Part shown: positions 1 to 7,978 of the stretch, in pieces
How the letters are laid out: each line of letters opens with the position of its first letter
Position numbering within the stretch: position 1 is the first letter of the stretch
NCBI GenBank assembly: GCA_900547835.1
Contig: URIJ01000001.1
Span: 1 to 44,610 of the forward strand
Direction: 5' to 3'
DNA: 44,610 nucleotides
From: an uncultured Collinsella sp.
GTDB lineage: Bacteria; Actinomycetota; Coriobacteriia; Coriobacteriales; Coriobacteriaceae
Translations under genes and position numbers: made by a program
Notes under the pieces: generated by a model
The model's input: the letters and a program-made list of their open reading frames with translations, nothing else
Told to the model about the DNA's origin: nothing
Database searches by the model: none

Positions 1-261
1 AGCGAGGTCATCAGCCTGATCGGTCGTGGCGAGCCGCGCGAGAACATTGCGCGTGGCGTGATCGAAAGCGTCGTGTCGCGCGTGGCGACTATGGCCGGCC
101 AGGCGGCGGGCGTCCCGTACTATCTGACCGGCGGTCTGTGCGAGAACACCTACGTTGTGGAGCGGCTGGCCGCGCTGCTGGGGTCGCCGGTTACCACCTC
201 GCCCCAGGCTCGCTTTGCCGGTGCCATCGGTGCGGCGATTCGCGCACAGGCGCTCATGTAA
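1..261 (+). CDS. 3' end of a CoA-substrate-specific enzyme activase (HgdC/BadF-BadG-BcrA-BcrD ATPase family), truncated by the window edge
   Basis: Frame 1 reads SEVISLIGRGEPRENIARGVIESV...YLTGGLCEN...ARFAGAIGAA, matching the SEVIS / TGG / GAxGAA signature of acyl-CoA dehydratase activases; TAA at 259-261. Confidence 0.8.
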   Translation, partial: SEVISLIGRGEPRENIARGVIESVVSRVATMAGQAAGVPYYLTGGLCENTYVVERLAALLGSPVTTSPQARFAGAIGAAIRAQALM

Positions 262-344
262 GGGGCGGTGTCATTCGCCGTCCGCTCTCGGCGCCGCCAT
301 GCGTATACTGGGAGGAACTGATTGACCTACGAGAGGAGGAATCG

Positions 345-1394
345 ATGGCTGACGATGTTATTAAGCTCACGCAGATGACCGCTGCCTCTGGTTGAGCTGC
401 TAAGTTGGCTCCTGGAGCCCTCGCCCAGGTCCTGGGCGATTTACCCAATGTGCATAACGACAACTTGCTCGTGGGGTTCGATACCTCCGACGATGCGAGC
501 GTCTTCCGCGTAGGGGAGAACCTGGGGCTCGTGCAGTCCATCGACTTCTTCCCACCGATGGTCGACGACCCGTTCCTCTTTGGCCAGATCGCCGCGGCCA
601 ACTCGCTGTCGGACATCTACGCCATGGGCGGGCGGCCGAGCCATGCCATGAACCTGCTGTGCATTCCCAGTTGCCTGGGCGTCGAGGTCGCAGGTCAGAT
701 TCTGGCGGGCGGCGCCGACAAGTGCGTCGAGGCGGGTTGCTCCATCGCGGGCGGCCACACCATCAACGACGACGAGCCCAAGTACGGCCTGTCCGTGAGC
801 GGCTTTGTCGCGCTCGACCGCATGCTCGCCAACAGCGGTGCATGCGTGGGCGATGTCCTGCTGCTGACCAAGGCGGTTGGCTCGGGCATCATCACCACAG
901 CCATCAAGGGCGAGCTCATCGAGCAGGACGAGGCCGCAGCCATGTTTGACTCGATGTGCACCCTCAACGAGGCGCCGATTCGTCTGGCCGAGGGACTTGA
1001 GCTTCACGGCTGCACCGATGTCACGGGCTTTGGCCTGATCGGGCACGCGTGCGAGATGGCCGAGGGCTCGGGCGTGCAGGCTGAGCTTGCGTCGGGAGCG
1101 GTACCGCTCTTTGATCAGGTGCTCGACATGGCGCGCCTGGGCATTATCCCCGCGGGCTCCTACCGCAACCAGGACTTCTTTGGCCCGCGTGTAGCTGCCG
1201 ACGATGACCTGGAGCCGGGCATGCTGGATGCGCTGTACGATCCGCAGACCTCGGGCGGCTTGCTCATTGCGGCGCCTGCTGCCGATGTGGATGAGCTTGC
1301 GCGCCGTCTGCATGCCGAGGATCGCATCGCCGCCGTTATCGGTCGCGTGTGCGAGGCGGTGCCGGGCGGTCCTGCCGTCCACGTTGTCCGTTAA
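345..1394 (+). CDS. selD: Selenide, water dikinase SelD; selenoprotein with UGA (393-395) read as Sec17
   Basis: RBS GAGGAGG then ATG 345; MADDVIKLTQMTAASG-TGA-AAKLAPG continues in frame into ORF 405-1394 (DDASV, DFFPPMVDDP, ANSLSDIYAMGG, GGHT, TDVTGFGL, DPQTSGGLL). U17/K20 align with the catalytic Cys17/Lys20 of E. coli SelD. Confidence 0.95.
421..439 (+). promoter_or_regulatory. Candidate bacterial SECIS element of selD
   Basis: TCGCCCAGG-T-CCTGGGCGA perfect inverted repeat with GGTC at the apex (same apical motif as the fdhF SECIS), starting 25 nt after the UGA; a smaller hairpin GGCTC-CTG-GAGCC lies at 407-419. Confidence 0.55.
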
Positions 1395-1452
1395 CGACAC
1401 GTTTATTGAGCTATGTACCGTTCTAAAACGATTTATTCGAAAGGAATTTACT

Positions 1453-2079
1453 ATGTCTACCAAAATTGAAGTCAATGCCATGGGCGATGCCTGCCCGCTG
1501 CCCGTCGTCAAGACGCTCAAAGCCCTGAAGCAGCTCGATGGCGAGGGCACAGTCGTGACCTCGGTCGATAACGAGACCGCCGTCAAGAACATCTCCAAGA
1601 TGGCGCAGGAGAAGGGCTGCGCGGCCTCGGTCGAGAAGGTTTCTGACGCCGAGTGGCACGTGACCGTGGCGACCTCTGGCGCCGTTGCCGTGGCCGATCC
1701 CGAGCAGGATGGCGCTGCCTTCTGTGATGCCAGCGCCGGCAAGGGCAAGCTCGTCATTTCCGTCTACACCGACTGCATGGGCCGTGGCGACGACGAGCTG
1801 GGCCACAAGCTCATGAAGGCGTTTATCTTCGCCGTGACGCAGCAGGAGGAGCTGCCCGCGACCATGCTGTTCTACAACGGCGGCGCCAAGCTCACTGTCG
1901 AGGGCTCACCGGTACTCGACGACCTGAAGGGTCTGGCCGAGCAGGGTGTCGAGATCCTTACCTGTGGTACCTGCCTCGACCACTATGGCATTAAAGACCA
2001 GCTTGCTGTGGGCGAGGTCACCAACATGTACGTGATTGTGGAGAAGATGGAGCAGGCCGTGCGCGTCGTGCGCCCGTAG
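1453..2079 (+). CDS. yedF: Sulfurtransferase-like selenium metabolism protein YedF (TusA/SirA domain + DsrE-like domain)
   Basis: N-terminal GDACPLPVV (CPxP TusA motif); C-terminal MGRGDDELG...FYNGG...CGTCLDHY...GEVTNMY; AAGGA RBS before ATG 1453. Confidence 0.85.
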   Translation: MSTKIEVNAMGDACPLPVVKTLKALKQLDGEGTVVTSVDNETAVKNISKMAQEKGCAASVEKVSDAEWHVTVATSGAVAVADPEQDGAAFCDASAGKGKLVISVYTDCMGRGDDELGHKLMKAFIFAVTQQEELPATMLFYNGGAKLTVEGSPVLDDLKGLAEQGVEILTCGTCLDHYGIKDQLAVGEVTNMYVIVEKMEQAVRVVRP

Positions 2080-2098
2080 CGTATTGGTTGGAGTTGCC

Positions 2099-2350
2099 AT
2101 GAGGGAGAAGCGCCCGGCGCTTGTCATCACGTTTCCCACCACGGCGGCCGCCATGGGGTGCGAGACCCTATGCATCGAGCGCGGACTTCCCGGGCGCACG
2201 ATTCCCGTGCCCGGGGAGGTCGCTGCCGGCTGCGGCTTGGCGTGGAAGGCGCTGCCTTCGGATGAGGGCCTGCTGCGCGGCGAGCTTTCCGCGGCGGGCG
2301 TCCCCACCGAGAGTTTTACGGTGATCGACATGTGGGAGGTCGTGCGATGA
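2099..2350 (+). CDS. DUF3343 family putative Se/S carrier protein
   Basis: ITFPTTAAAM.CE...PGRTIPVPGEVAAGCGLAW motif; GGAG RBS; ATGA overlap with next gene. Confidence 0.75.
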   Translation: MREKRPALVITFPTTAAAMGCETLCIERGLPGRTIPVPGEVAAGCGLAWKALPSDEGLLRGELSAAGVPTESFTVIDMWEVVR

Positions 2351-3486
2351 TCTACCTGGATAACGCGGCGACGACCATGTATAAGCCGCAAACGGTCATC
2401 GATGCCGTGACGCAGGCTATGTGCTCGCTCGGCAATGCCGGGCGCGGTGCCACGTCGGGTGCGCTCGATGCGGCGCGTACCATCCACGGCTGCCGCGCCA
2501 AGCTTGCGCGCTTGCTGGGCTGCCCGCGTGCTGACCATGTTTGTTTTACGCCCAACTCCACCGCGGCGCTCAACACCGTCATCAATGGCGTGGTGCGCCC
2601 CGGCGACCGTGTGGTCACAACGGTGCTCGAGCACAACTCCGTGCTGCGTCCGCTCAACCGCCTGGCGGCAGAGCAGGGCGTGACCGTTGAACATGCGGGC
2701 TGTGACGCGAACGGCGTGCTTGACTATGACGAGCTCGAGCGGCTGATCACGCCCGGTACGCGTGCCGTGGTGGTGACGCACGCCTCCAATGTGACCGGCA
2801 ACGCCGTTGATGTTGCACGTGTGGCGGCTGTGGCTCATGCGGCCGGCGCGCTGATTATCGTCGATGCCTCGCAGTCTGCCGGTGCGGCGCGTATCGATAT
2901 GCAGGCCATGGGGCTCGACGTGGTGTGCTTTACCGGCCACAAGGGGCTCATGGGTCCGCAGGGGACCGGCGGCCTGGCCGTGGCAGAGGGTATTGACGTA
3001 GCCCCTTGGGCCATGGGCGGTACGGGCGTGCACAGTTTCGATGCGCTGCAGCCGCTTGAGTGGCCCACGCGCCTTGAGGCGGGCACGCTCAACGGCCACG
3101 GTATCGCCGGCCTTTCCGCTGGTCTCGACTTTATCGAGGCCCAGGGTGGGGTCGAGGCGATTGCTGCCCACGAGCGTGCGCTCGCTGATCGCTTCCTTGC
3201 CGGTGTGCGCAAGATTCCGGGGATTAAGCTCTACGGTGCCTTTGACCAGTCGACGCACTCTGCGATCGTGTCGCTCAACGTGGGCGATATCGACTCTGCC
3301 GAGATCTCGGATGCGCTCATGCAAGGGTGGGGGATTGCGACGCGCCCCGGCGCCCATTGCGCCCCGCTCATGCACCGTGCGCTGGGGACCGAGCGCCAGG
3401 GCGTCGTCCGCTTCTCATTTGGGTATTTCAACACGACCGAAGAAGTCGACACGGCTATCGATGCTCTGTGCGATTTAGCCTGCTAA
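2347..3486 (+). CDS. Cysteine desulfurase / selenocysteine lyase-like class V PLP enzyme
   Basis: MIYLDNAATT, EHNSV, HASNVTG, DASQS, FTGHKGL (PLP lysine), EAGT, RPGAHCAP. Confidence 0.9.
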   Translation: MIYLDNAATTMYKPQTVIDAVTQAMCSLGNAGRGATSGALDAARTIHGCRAKLARLLGCPRADHVCFTPNSTAALNTVINGVVRPGDRVVTTVLEHNSVLRPLNRLAAEQGVTVEHAGCDANGVLDYDELERLITPGTRAVVVTHASNVTGNAVDVARVAAVAHAAGALIIVDASQSAGAARIDMQAMGLDVVCFTGHKGLMGPQGTGGLAVAEGIDVAPWAMGGTGVHSFDALQPLEWPTRLEAGTLNGHGIAGLSAGLDFIEAQGGVEAIAAHERALADRFLAGVRKIPGIKLYGAFDQSTHSAIVSLNVGDIDSAEISDALMQGWGIATRPGAHCAPLMHRALGTERQGVVRFSFGYFNTTEEVDTAIDALCDLAC

Positions 3487-3508
3487 AGCTGCTAGAGCGT
3501 ATATACTT

Positions 3509-3540
3509 GCGGGACGGGTGTTTTTGCCCGTCCCGTTTTT
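3509..3540 (+). terminator. Intrinsic terminator after the selD cassette
   Basis: GCGGGACGGGT...GCCCGTCCCGT stem followed by a T-run. Confidence 0.7.
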
Positions 3541-3563
3541 GTTTCGACCTGAAAGGTGTGTCT

Positions 3564-4922
3564 ATGGCCTCATCCGCGCCGCGCGGTCTGCGCTCCGACC
3601 ATGTCGTCACCGTCGGCATCGCCCTGTTCTCGATGCTCTTTGGCGCCGGCAACCTCATTATTCCACCACTGCTGGCGCTGCAGGCAGGTTCTGCCACGCC
3701 GGTCGCCATGCTCGGCTTTCTCATCGCCGCCATCGGCCTGCCCGTCATGGGCTTTATCGCCGTGGCGCTTGCCGGAACGGCGCGCGAGCTTGCCGGCCGC
3801 GCGCACCCCAAGTTCGGTGAGTTCTTTGTCGCGGCGGTCTATTTAGCGATCGGCCCGTGCCTGGCCATTCCGCGTACGAGCTCCACGGCCTTCGAGATGC
3901 TGGTGCCGCTGCTGCCCGAGGGCGTCTCGCTTGGCACGGCTCGCCTAGTGTTTGCCGTTGGCTTCTTTGTCGTCGCGTTTGCGCTCACGCTGCGTCCGGG
4001 CGTCATCACGCGCGTGCTCGGCCGCATTACGGGCCCCGCGCTCATTGCGCTCATCGTGCTGGTCGTGGGTGCCGCCGTGATCTCGCCGCTGGGACCGGCT
4101 GCCGCCCCGCAAGCTCCCTATGATGCCGGTGCTGCCGTGCAGGGCTTCTTGACCGGCTACCAGACCATGGACCTGCTTGCGTCGCTCGCCTTTGGCATTA
4201 TCATCGCCGAGACCATTCACGAGCTGGGCGTGACCGACGACAAGCGCGTCGCTTTTGAAATTTCGCGCTCCGGTGTGATCGCCGGCGTGCTCATGGCCAT
4301 CATCTATTGCGGCTTGGCCCTTGCCGGCATGCAGCTCGGCACCGTGATGCCCGACGCCACCAATGGCGCTGCCATCCTTGCTCGCTCGGCCTCCATGCAC
4401 TTTGGCCTTGCCGGCACGGTCGTGGTCTTCGCAATCTTCTTCCTCGCCTGCATGAACGTGTGCATCGGCCTCATCAGCTGCTGCTCGCGCTACTTCTGCG
4501 AAACGTATGTGGTCGAAGGGGGAGCGGAGGCCTCTGAGGAGGCCATGCGCCGTCCCTTTGCGGTTCTCGCCTTTGTGTTCGCAACGTTTTCGTGCGTGCT
4601 CTCCAATGTGGGCCTCGACGTGATCCTTATGTTCTCGGTGCCCATGCTCAACGCCTTGTATCCCGTCGCCATCGTGCTGGTCCTCATGGGTTTGGTACAC
4701 GGTTTTTGCGACGCAAATCCGCAGGTGTGGGTGTGGGTCGGCGGCGTGGTCGCCGTGCAGAGTGTGATCACCTCGGTCCGCGATGCGTTCTTTGTGGGCA
4801 CGTGGCTGCCGTTTGATGTTCTTCCGCTGGCGGATATCGGTGCCGCGTGGGCGCCGGTTGCCGTGGTTGCCTTTGTGATCGGTCTGCTCCATAGTCGTTT
4901 TGTCGCACATTCGAGGAGCTAG
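3564..4922 (+). CDS. brnQ: Branched-chain amino acid transport system II carrier protein
   Basis: LFSMLFGAGNLIIPP, IGPCLAIPRT, GYQTMDLLASLAFG, LYPVAIVL motifs; about 12 hydrophobic segments. Confidence 0.9.
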   Translation: MASSAPRGLRSDHVVTVGIALFSMLFGAGNLIIPPLLALQAGSATPVAMLGFLIAAIGLPVMGFIAVALAGTARELAGRAHPKFGEFFVAAVYLAIGPCLAIPRTSSTAFEMLVPLLPEGVSLGTARLVFAVGFFVVAFALTLRPGVITRVLGRITGPALIALIVLVVGAAVISPLGPAAAPQAPYDAGAAVQGFLTGYQTMDLLASLAFGIIIAETIHELGVTDDKRVAFEISRSGVIAGVLMAIIYCGLALAGMQLGTVMPDATNGAAILARSASMHFGLAGTVVVFAIFFLACMNVCIGLISCCSRYFCETYVVEGGAEASEEAMRRPFAVLAFVFATFSCVLSNVGLDVILMFSVPMLNALYPVAIVLVLMGLVHGFCDANPQVWVWVGGVVAVQSVITSVRDAFFVGTWLPFDVLPLADIGAAWAPVAVVAFVIGLLHSRFVAHSRS

Positions 4923-4933
4923 GGTTTCTGCGC

Positions 4934-4962
4934 TTGCACAGGCGGGGAGTCTCCCCTATAAT
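4934..4962 (+). promoter_or_regulatory. Sigma70-type promoter of the tRNA-Pro/tRNA-Gly pair
   Basis: TTGCAC-17 nt-TATAAT about 50 nt upstream of tRNA-Pro. Confidence 0.75.
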
Positions 4963-5013
4963 TTCCTTCGCTTTGGGACACGCAAGGTTTAGACCTTAGC
5001 TGCTCAACACCTT

Positions 5014-5090
5014 CGGGACGTGGCGCAGTTTGGTAGCGCGCCTGCTTTGGGAGCAGGATGTCGCAGGTTCAAATCCTGTCGTCCCGACCA
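5014..5090 (+). tRNA. tRNA-Pro(TGG)
   Basis: CGGGACG acceptor / CGTCCCG-ACCA; anticodon arm CCTGC-TT TGG GA-GCAGG; GTTCAAATC T-loop. Confidence 0.97.
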
Positions 5091-5096
5091 TATCTT

Positions 5097-5170
5097 GCGG
5101 GCGTAGTTCAATGGTAGAACCCCAGCCTTCCAAGCTGATGACGCGGGTTCGATTCCCGTCGCCCGCTCCA
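5097..5170 (+). tRNA. tRNA-Gly(TCC)
   Basis: GCGGGCG / CGCCCGC-TCCA; anticodon arm CAGC-CT TCC AA-GCTG; GTTCGATTC. Confidence 0.97.
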
Positions 5171-5182
5171 TAGGATATCTTT

Positions 5183-5218
5183 AACGGCTTTGGCTCCTTT
5201 TGGTGCCAGAGCCGTTTT
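5183..5218 (+). terminator. Intrinsic terminator after the tRNA pair
   Basis: AACGGCTTTGGC...GCCAGAGCCGTT stem followed by TT. Confidence 0.65.
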
Positions 5219-5250
5219 CATATACATGCCGGGGACCCCACATCCCCTCC

Positions 5251-5321
5251 TAAGTTGCGGTGAAATAGTTCCTGGATTAGCCGCAAAAGCTGTTATCCAG
5301 GAACTATTTCACCGCAACTTA
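5251..5321. repeat. Palindromic REP/MITE-like repeat, copy 1
   Basis: 27-bp perfect inverted arms TAAGTTGCGGTGAAATAGTTCCTGGAT (5251-5277) / ATCCAGGAACTATTTCACCGCAACTTA (5295-5321). Confidence 0.95.
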
Positions 5322-5382
5322 TTGAGGCCGAGCGGGCTGGGTCGATGATGGGTTCTGTTGTCGAGAAGATGAAGACAGCCGG

Positions 5383-6390
5383 TCAGGAGTCTGCGTAGGG
5401 TTTTGTGGTTGGTATACCGTAGCCGCGCATCATGGAGCCGAACGCTTTGACATCGTAGGTGTCTGAGAGCTTGAAATGAATGACGTTGTGGCCCATGGCA
5501 CGCAGGTTCGTGTCGCGCATGAGGGCAGCTCGATAGGTTTTTGCCGCAGTATGTTCCGGATCATTTTGGGCATCGTCCTCAAACTTGCCTAGTCCATGCA
5601 GCTCAGCCAGCATCCAAGAGCCGTTTGGCATCTGCCAGCCGTAATCTGCCAAATAATAGCCGGCGTTTCCCGGTCGAGTGATTTCAACCTGAAGTTCGGG
5701 AGCGGCAACTCCCGCCAGAATCATTGCCGCCCGTGCTTCGGATTCTCCACCGTTATCCGATCTGCCATCCATGTGTTCAAAAACGTCAAATGCGCGCGCG
5801 ATGCCGTGCAGTCCGCGGCAGTTCCTTTGTGCATATGCACGCAATTCTTCACGCTCGACACCGTACTCACGAGCCAACCCGTCGACATAGCCTAGTGCAT
5901 ATCGAAAAGCGTTAGTTCGGGCGATGTCGACCACCGTGCGATATGGATTCGTTAACGTAAAAGGACCGAGCTGCCATACGTCGCCCGGCCGCCAGCGTCG
6001 GTATTCAACGAATTCGTACATATCGCGTCTGGTGGAACGCGGCAACAGCACTTGCACCTTGTCGAGAAGCGAATATGCAGAACCGATGCCATAGAGCAGT
6101 GCCGCCGTTGCTCCACAAAACACGGCATTCGGTTCAACGACCGCAATAGCGGATGCCAATTGAAAGATGCGATCTTCGACGCCGAGGTCATTCCAATACG
6201 CGGGATCAGCGTAGACATGGTTGTAGAGTCGAATAATCATCTCTTTTTGCATGAGCGCGTAGGCACAGCGTTCATCCCATTTTTTGGTAGCTACAAACAG
6301 GTGCCCGCCATGATGGGCCTCGAATAACCGGAAGAACAGCTCTAATTGCGGTTTGGTACAGCGTTTATCATGACTCATTTTCGACCCCAT
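5383..6390 (-). CDS. Actinobacterial AbiEi-like protein with C-terminal DUF559/Vsr-like PD-(D/E)XK-type domain (function unknown)
   Basis: 335-aa ORF of visibly lower GC; motifs AVFCGATAALLYG, TNPYRTVVDIAR, SDNGGESEAR, YLADYGW...MLAELHGLGKF, RDTNLRAMGHNVIH resemble the SHxSAAxLxG / TSPxRTxxD / SESxxES / DxxW...ExDG / RDxxLxxxGW pattern of this family. Confidence 0.65.
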   Translation of the reverse strand: MGSKMSHDKRCTKPQLELFFRLFEAHHGGHLFVATKKWDERCAYALMQKEMIIRLYNHVYADPAYWNDLGVEDRIFQLASAIAVVEPNAVFCGATAALLYGIGSAYSLLDKVQVLLPRSTRRDMYEFVEYRRWRPGDVWQLGPFTLTNPYRTVVDIARTNAFRYALGYVDGLAREYGVEREELRAYAQRNCRGLHGIARAFDVFEHMDGRSDNGGESEARAAMILAGVAAPELQVEITRPGNAGYYLADYGWQMPNGSWMLAELHGLGKFEDDAQNDPEHTAAKTYRAALMRDTNLRAMGHNVIHFKLSDTYDVKAFGSMMRGYGIPTTKPYADS

Positions 6391-6562
6391 GGTCTCGAGG
6401 GGGAGTGAATGACACTACGCTATCCCATATTTGGCCCGCCTGACCTTGCCATGAACTGACCAAAAGCTTGACGGGGCAGGTCAGAGTCATGAGTCGTAGC
6501 CAAACATATCGGCAAACGGTTGATTAGTGCCCCTCGGCGGCACTAAAAACCACCCTTACAGA

Positions 6563-6608
6563 AAGTTGCGGTGGAATAGTTCCTGAAAGGCTCGAATAAG
6601 CCTAAATC
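6563..6608. repeat. Palindromic repeat copy 2, left arm and spacer (split by the IS)
   Basis: AAGTTGCGGTGGAATAGTTCCTG followed by a 23-nt spacer ending ATC, where the IS begins. Confidence 0.9.
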
Positions 6609-7907
6609 GGGGGTGCGGACGATTTCTTGGACCGCGCCTAGGCGTATCCAAGCTTCCTGCGGTACTCCATCGGGCTCAGCCACCCGAGGGACTTCTTGAT
6701 CCGCTCCTCACGATAGTACACGAGGTAGGCCTCGAGCCTTCCCATGAACTCCTCGGCCGTCACGCCCTCCCAGTCCCTGTAGTGGAAGAACTCGTTCTTG
6801 AGGCGCCCGAAGAAGCCCTCGCAGGCCGAGTTGTCCGGGCTGCAGCCCTTCGCGGACATGCTCCTGATCAGGCCGTTCTCCTCGCAGATCCCGATCCACT
6901 CCGGCCAGCGGTAGTGGCCGCCCCGGTCCGAGTGGATCGTCGTGCGCGCGCCCGCCGGCCTCGCCGCGCAGGCCTTGAGCAGGCTCGAGTTCGCGAGGCG
7001 CTTGTCGGGGTGCAGCCCGATCGACCAGGCGACGGGCATCCCGTCGAAGCAGTCGACGATCGGGCTCAGGTAGACCTTCTCGCCGCCCGGGAGCCTGAAC
7101 TCGGTGATGTCGGTGAGCCACAGCCGGTTGGGCTCGTCGGCGTGGAAATTCCTGCTCACGAGGTTCTCCGGCGCCTTGGAGACCTCGCCGGCGTAGGAGC
7201 TGTAGCCCCGGGCGCGCCTCTTGTTGTAGACGACCTCGAGGCCCTCCTCGCGCATCACGCGGGCCACGCGCTTCTCGCTGGCGCGGACCCCCTCGCGGCG
7301 CAGGCGCGCCCAGACGGTGCGGTACCCCCAGCACCCCGAGCCCTCGCGGAAGATGCGCACCACGCGGTCGCGTATGTCGGCGTCGCGGTCGCGCGGCGCG
7401 GCGACGCGGGGCCTCCAGTACTCATAGGAGCTCTTCGATATCCTCAAGAAACCTGTGATCGAGCGGAGGGGCAGGGCGGTCGCCCGCCTCAATCTCTCGC
7501 CGAGCTCGCACTTGCTCCTGTTCGAGATCGAAGCCGGGTCCCACCCTTCCGCTTTTAGGTCGGCCAACACCGCCCTGAGCAGCAGGTTCTCTATCTGGTC
7601 CTCGTTGAGCCCGGCGAGCGGGCCGGTCGCCGGCGGGGCGTAGGTCGACTTGTCGGGGCCCAAGCTGGCCTCCTTCCGTGGCGGTTTCCTCGCCCCGATT
7701 CTACAGCGCGCCCCGGTGTAGCTGTGCGGGAGGTGCCCCGTCGCCCACTTCTTGGCCGCGCCCACCGAGACCCCCGCGAACTTCGCGGCGGCGGTCGGCC
7801 CCATGCCGTCCTCCGTCGCCAGGAGGAAGAGCTCGACCTTCTCCCTGCTGTACATGCGAACCTCCAGTCCGGACCGCTTCACGGTCCAACTTTCTGTCCG
7901 CACCCCC
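6609..7907 (-). mobile_element. IS3-family insertion sequence, 1299 bp, with 3-bp target duplication ATC
   Basis: Imperfect 26-bp IRs GGGGGTGCGGAC-N6-TTGGACCG at both ends; ATC at 6606-6608 and 7908-7910; encloses a DDE transposase. Confidence 0.9.
6638..7855 (-). CDS. IS3-family DDE transposase in a single reading frame (OrfA+OrfB fused)
   Basis: MYSREKV HTH-like start after GGAGG; WGYRTVW, NRLWLTDITEF, IHSDRGGHY, DNSACEGFFGRLKNE, SPMEYR. Confidence 0.92.
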   Translation of the reverse strand: MYSREKVELFLLATEDGMGPTAAAKFAGVSVGAAKKWATGHLPHSYTGARCRIGARKPPRKEASLGPDKSTYAPPATGPLAGLNEDQIENLLLRAVLADLKAEGWDPASISNRSKCELGERLRRATALPLRSITGFLRISKSSYEYWRPRVAAPRDRDADIRDRVVRIFREGSGCWGYRTVWARLRREGVRASEKRVARVMREEGLEVVYNKRRARGYSSYAGEVSKAPENLVSRNFHADEPNRLWLTDITEFRLPGGEKVYLSPIVDCFDGMPVAWSIGLHPDKRLANSSLLKACAARPAGARTTIHSDRGGHYRWPEWIGICEENGLIRSMSAKGCSPDNSACEGFFGRLKNEFFHYRDWEGVTAEEFMGRLEAYLVYYREERIKKSLGWLSPMEYRRKLGYA

Positions 7908-7944
7908 ATCCAGGAACTATTTCACCGCAACTTAAGAGGGGATG
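7908..7944. repeat. Palindromic repeat copy 2, right arm plus outer extension
   Basis: ATCCAGGAACTATTTCACCGCAACTTAAGAGGGGATG is the reverse complement of 5241-5277 with one mismatch. Confidence 0.9.
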
Positions 7945-7978
7945 GGGCTGAGTGGCGGGCGATGCCGTTGCCTGTCGG

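Noticed and set aside
345..1394. selD as a nonsense-disrupted pseudogene
   Set aside because: The TGA falls exactly on the catalytic Cys/Sec position, and selA, selB and selC are present
2347..2350. Sec read-through at the TGA stops of DUF3343 (2348-2350) and selA (28365-28367)
   Set aside because: Both are ATGA start/stop overlaps at the natural ends of the proteins, typical of translational coupling
5251..7934. CRISPR array (conserved repeats with variable spacers)
   Set aside because: Repeats are inverted pairs dispersed over kilobases, not tandem direct repeats; no cas genes
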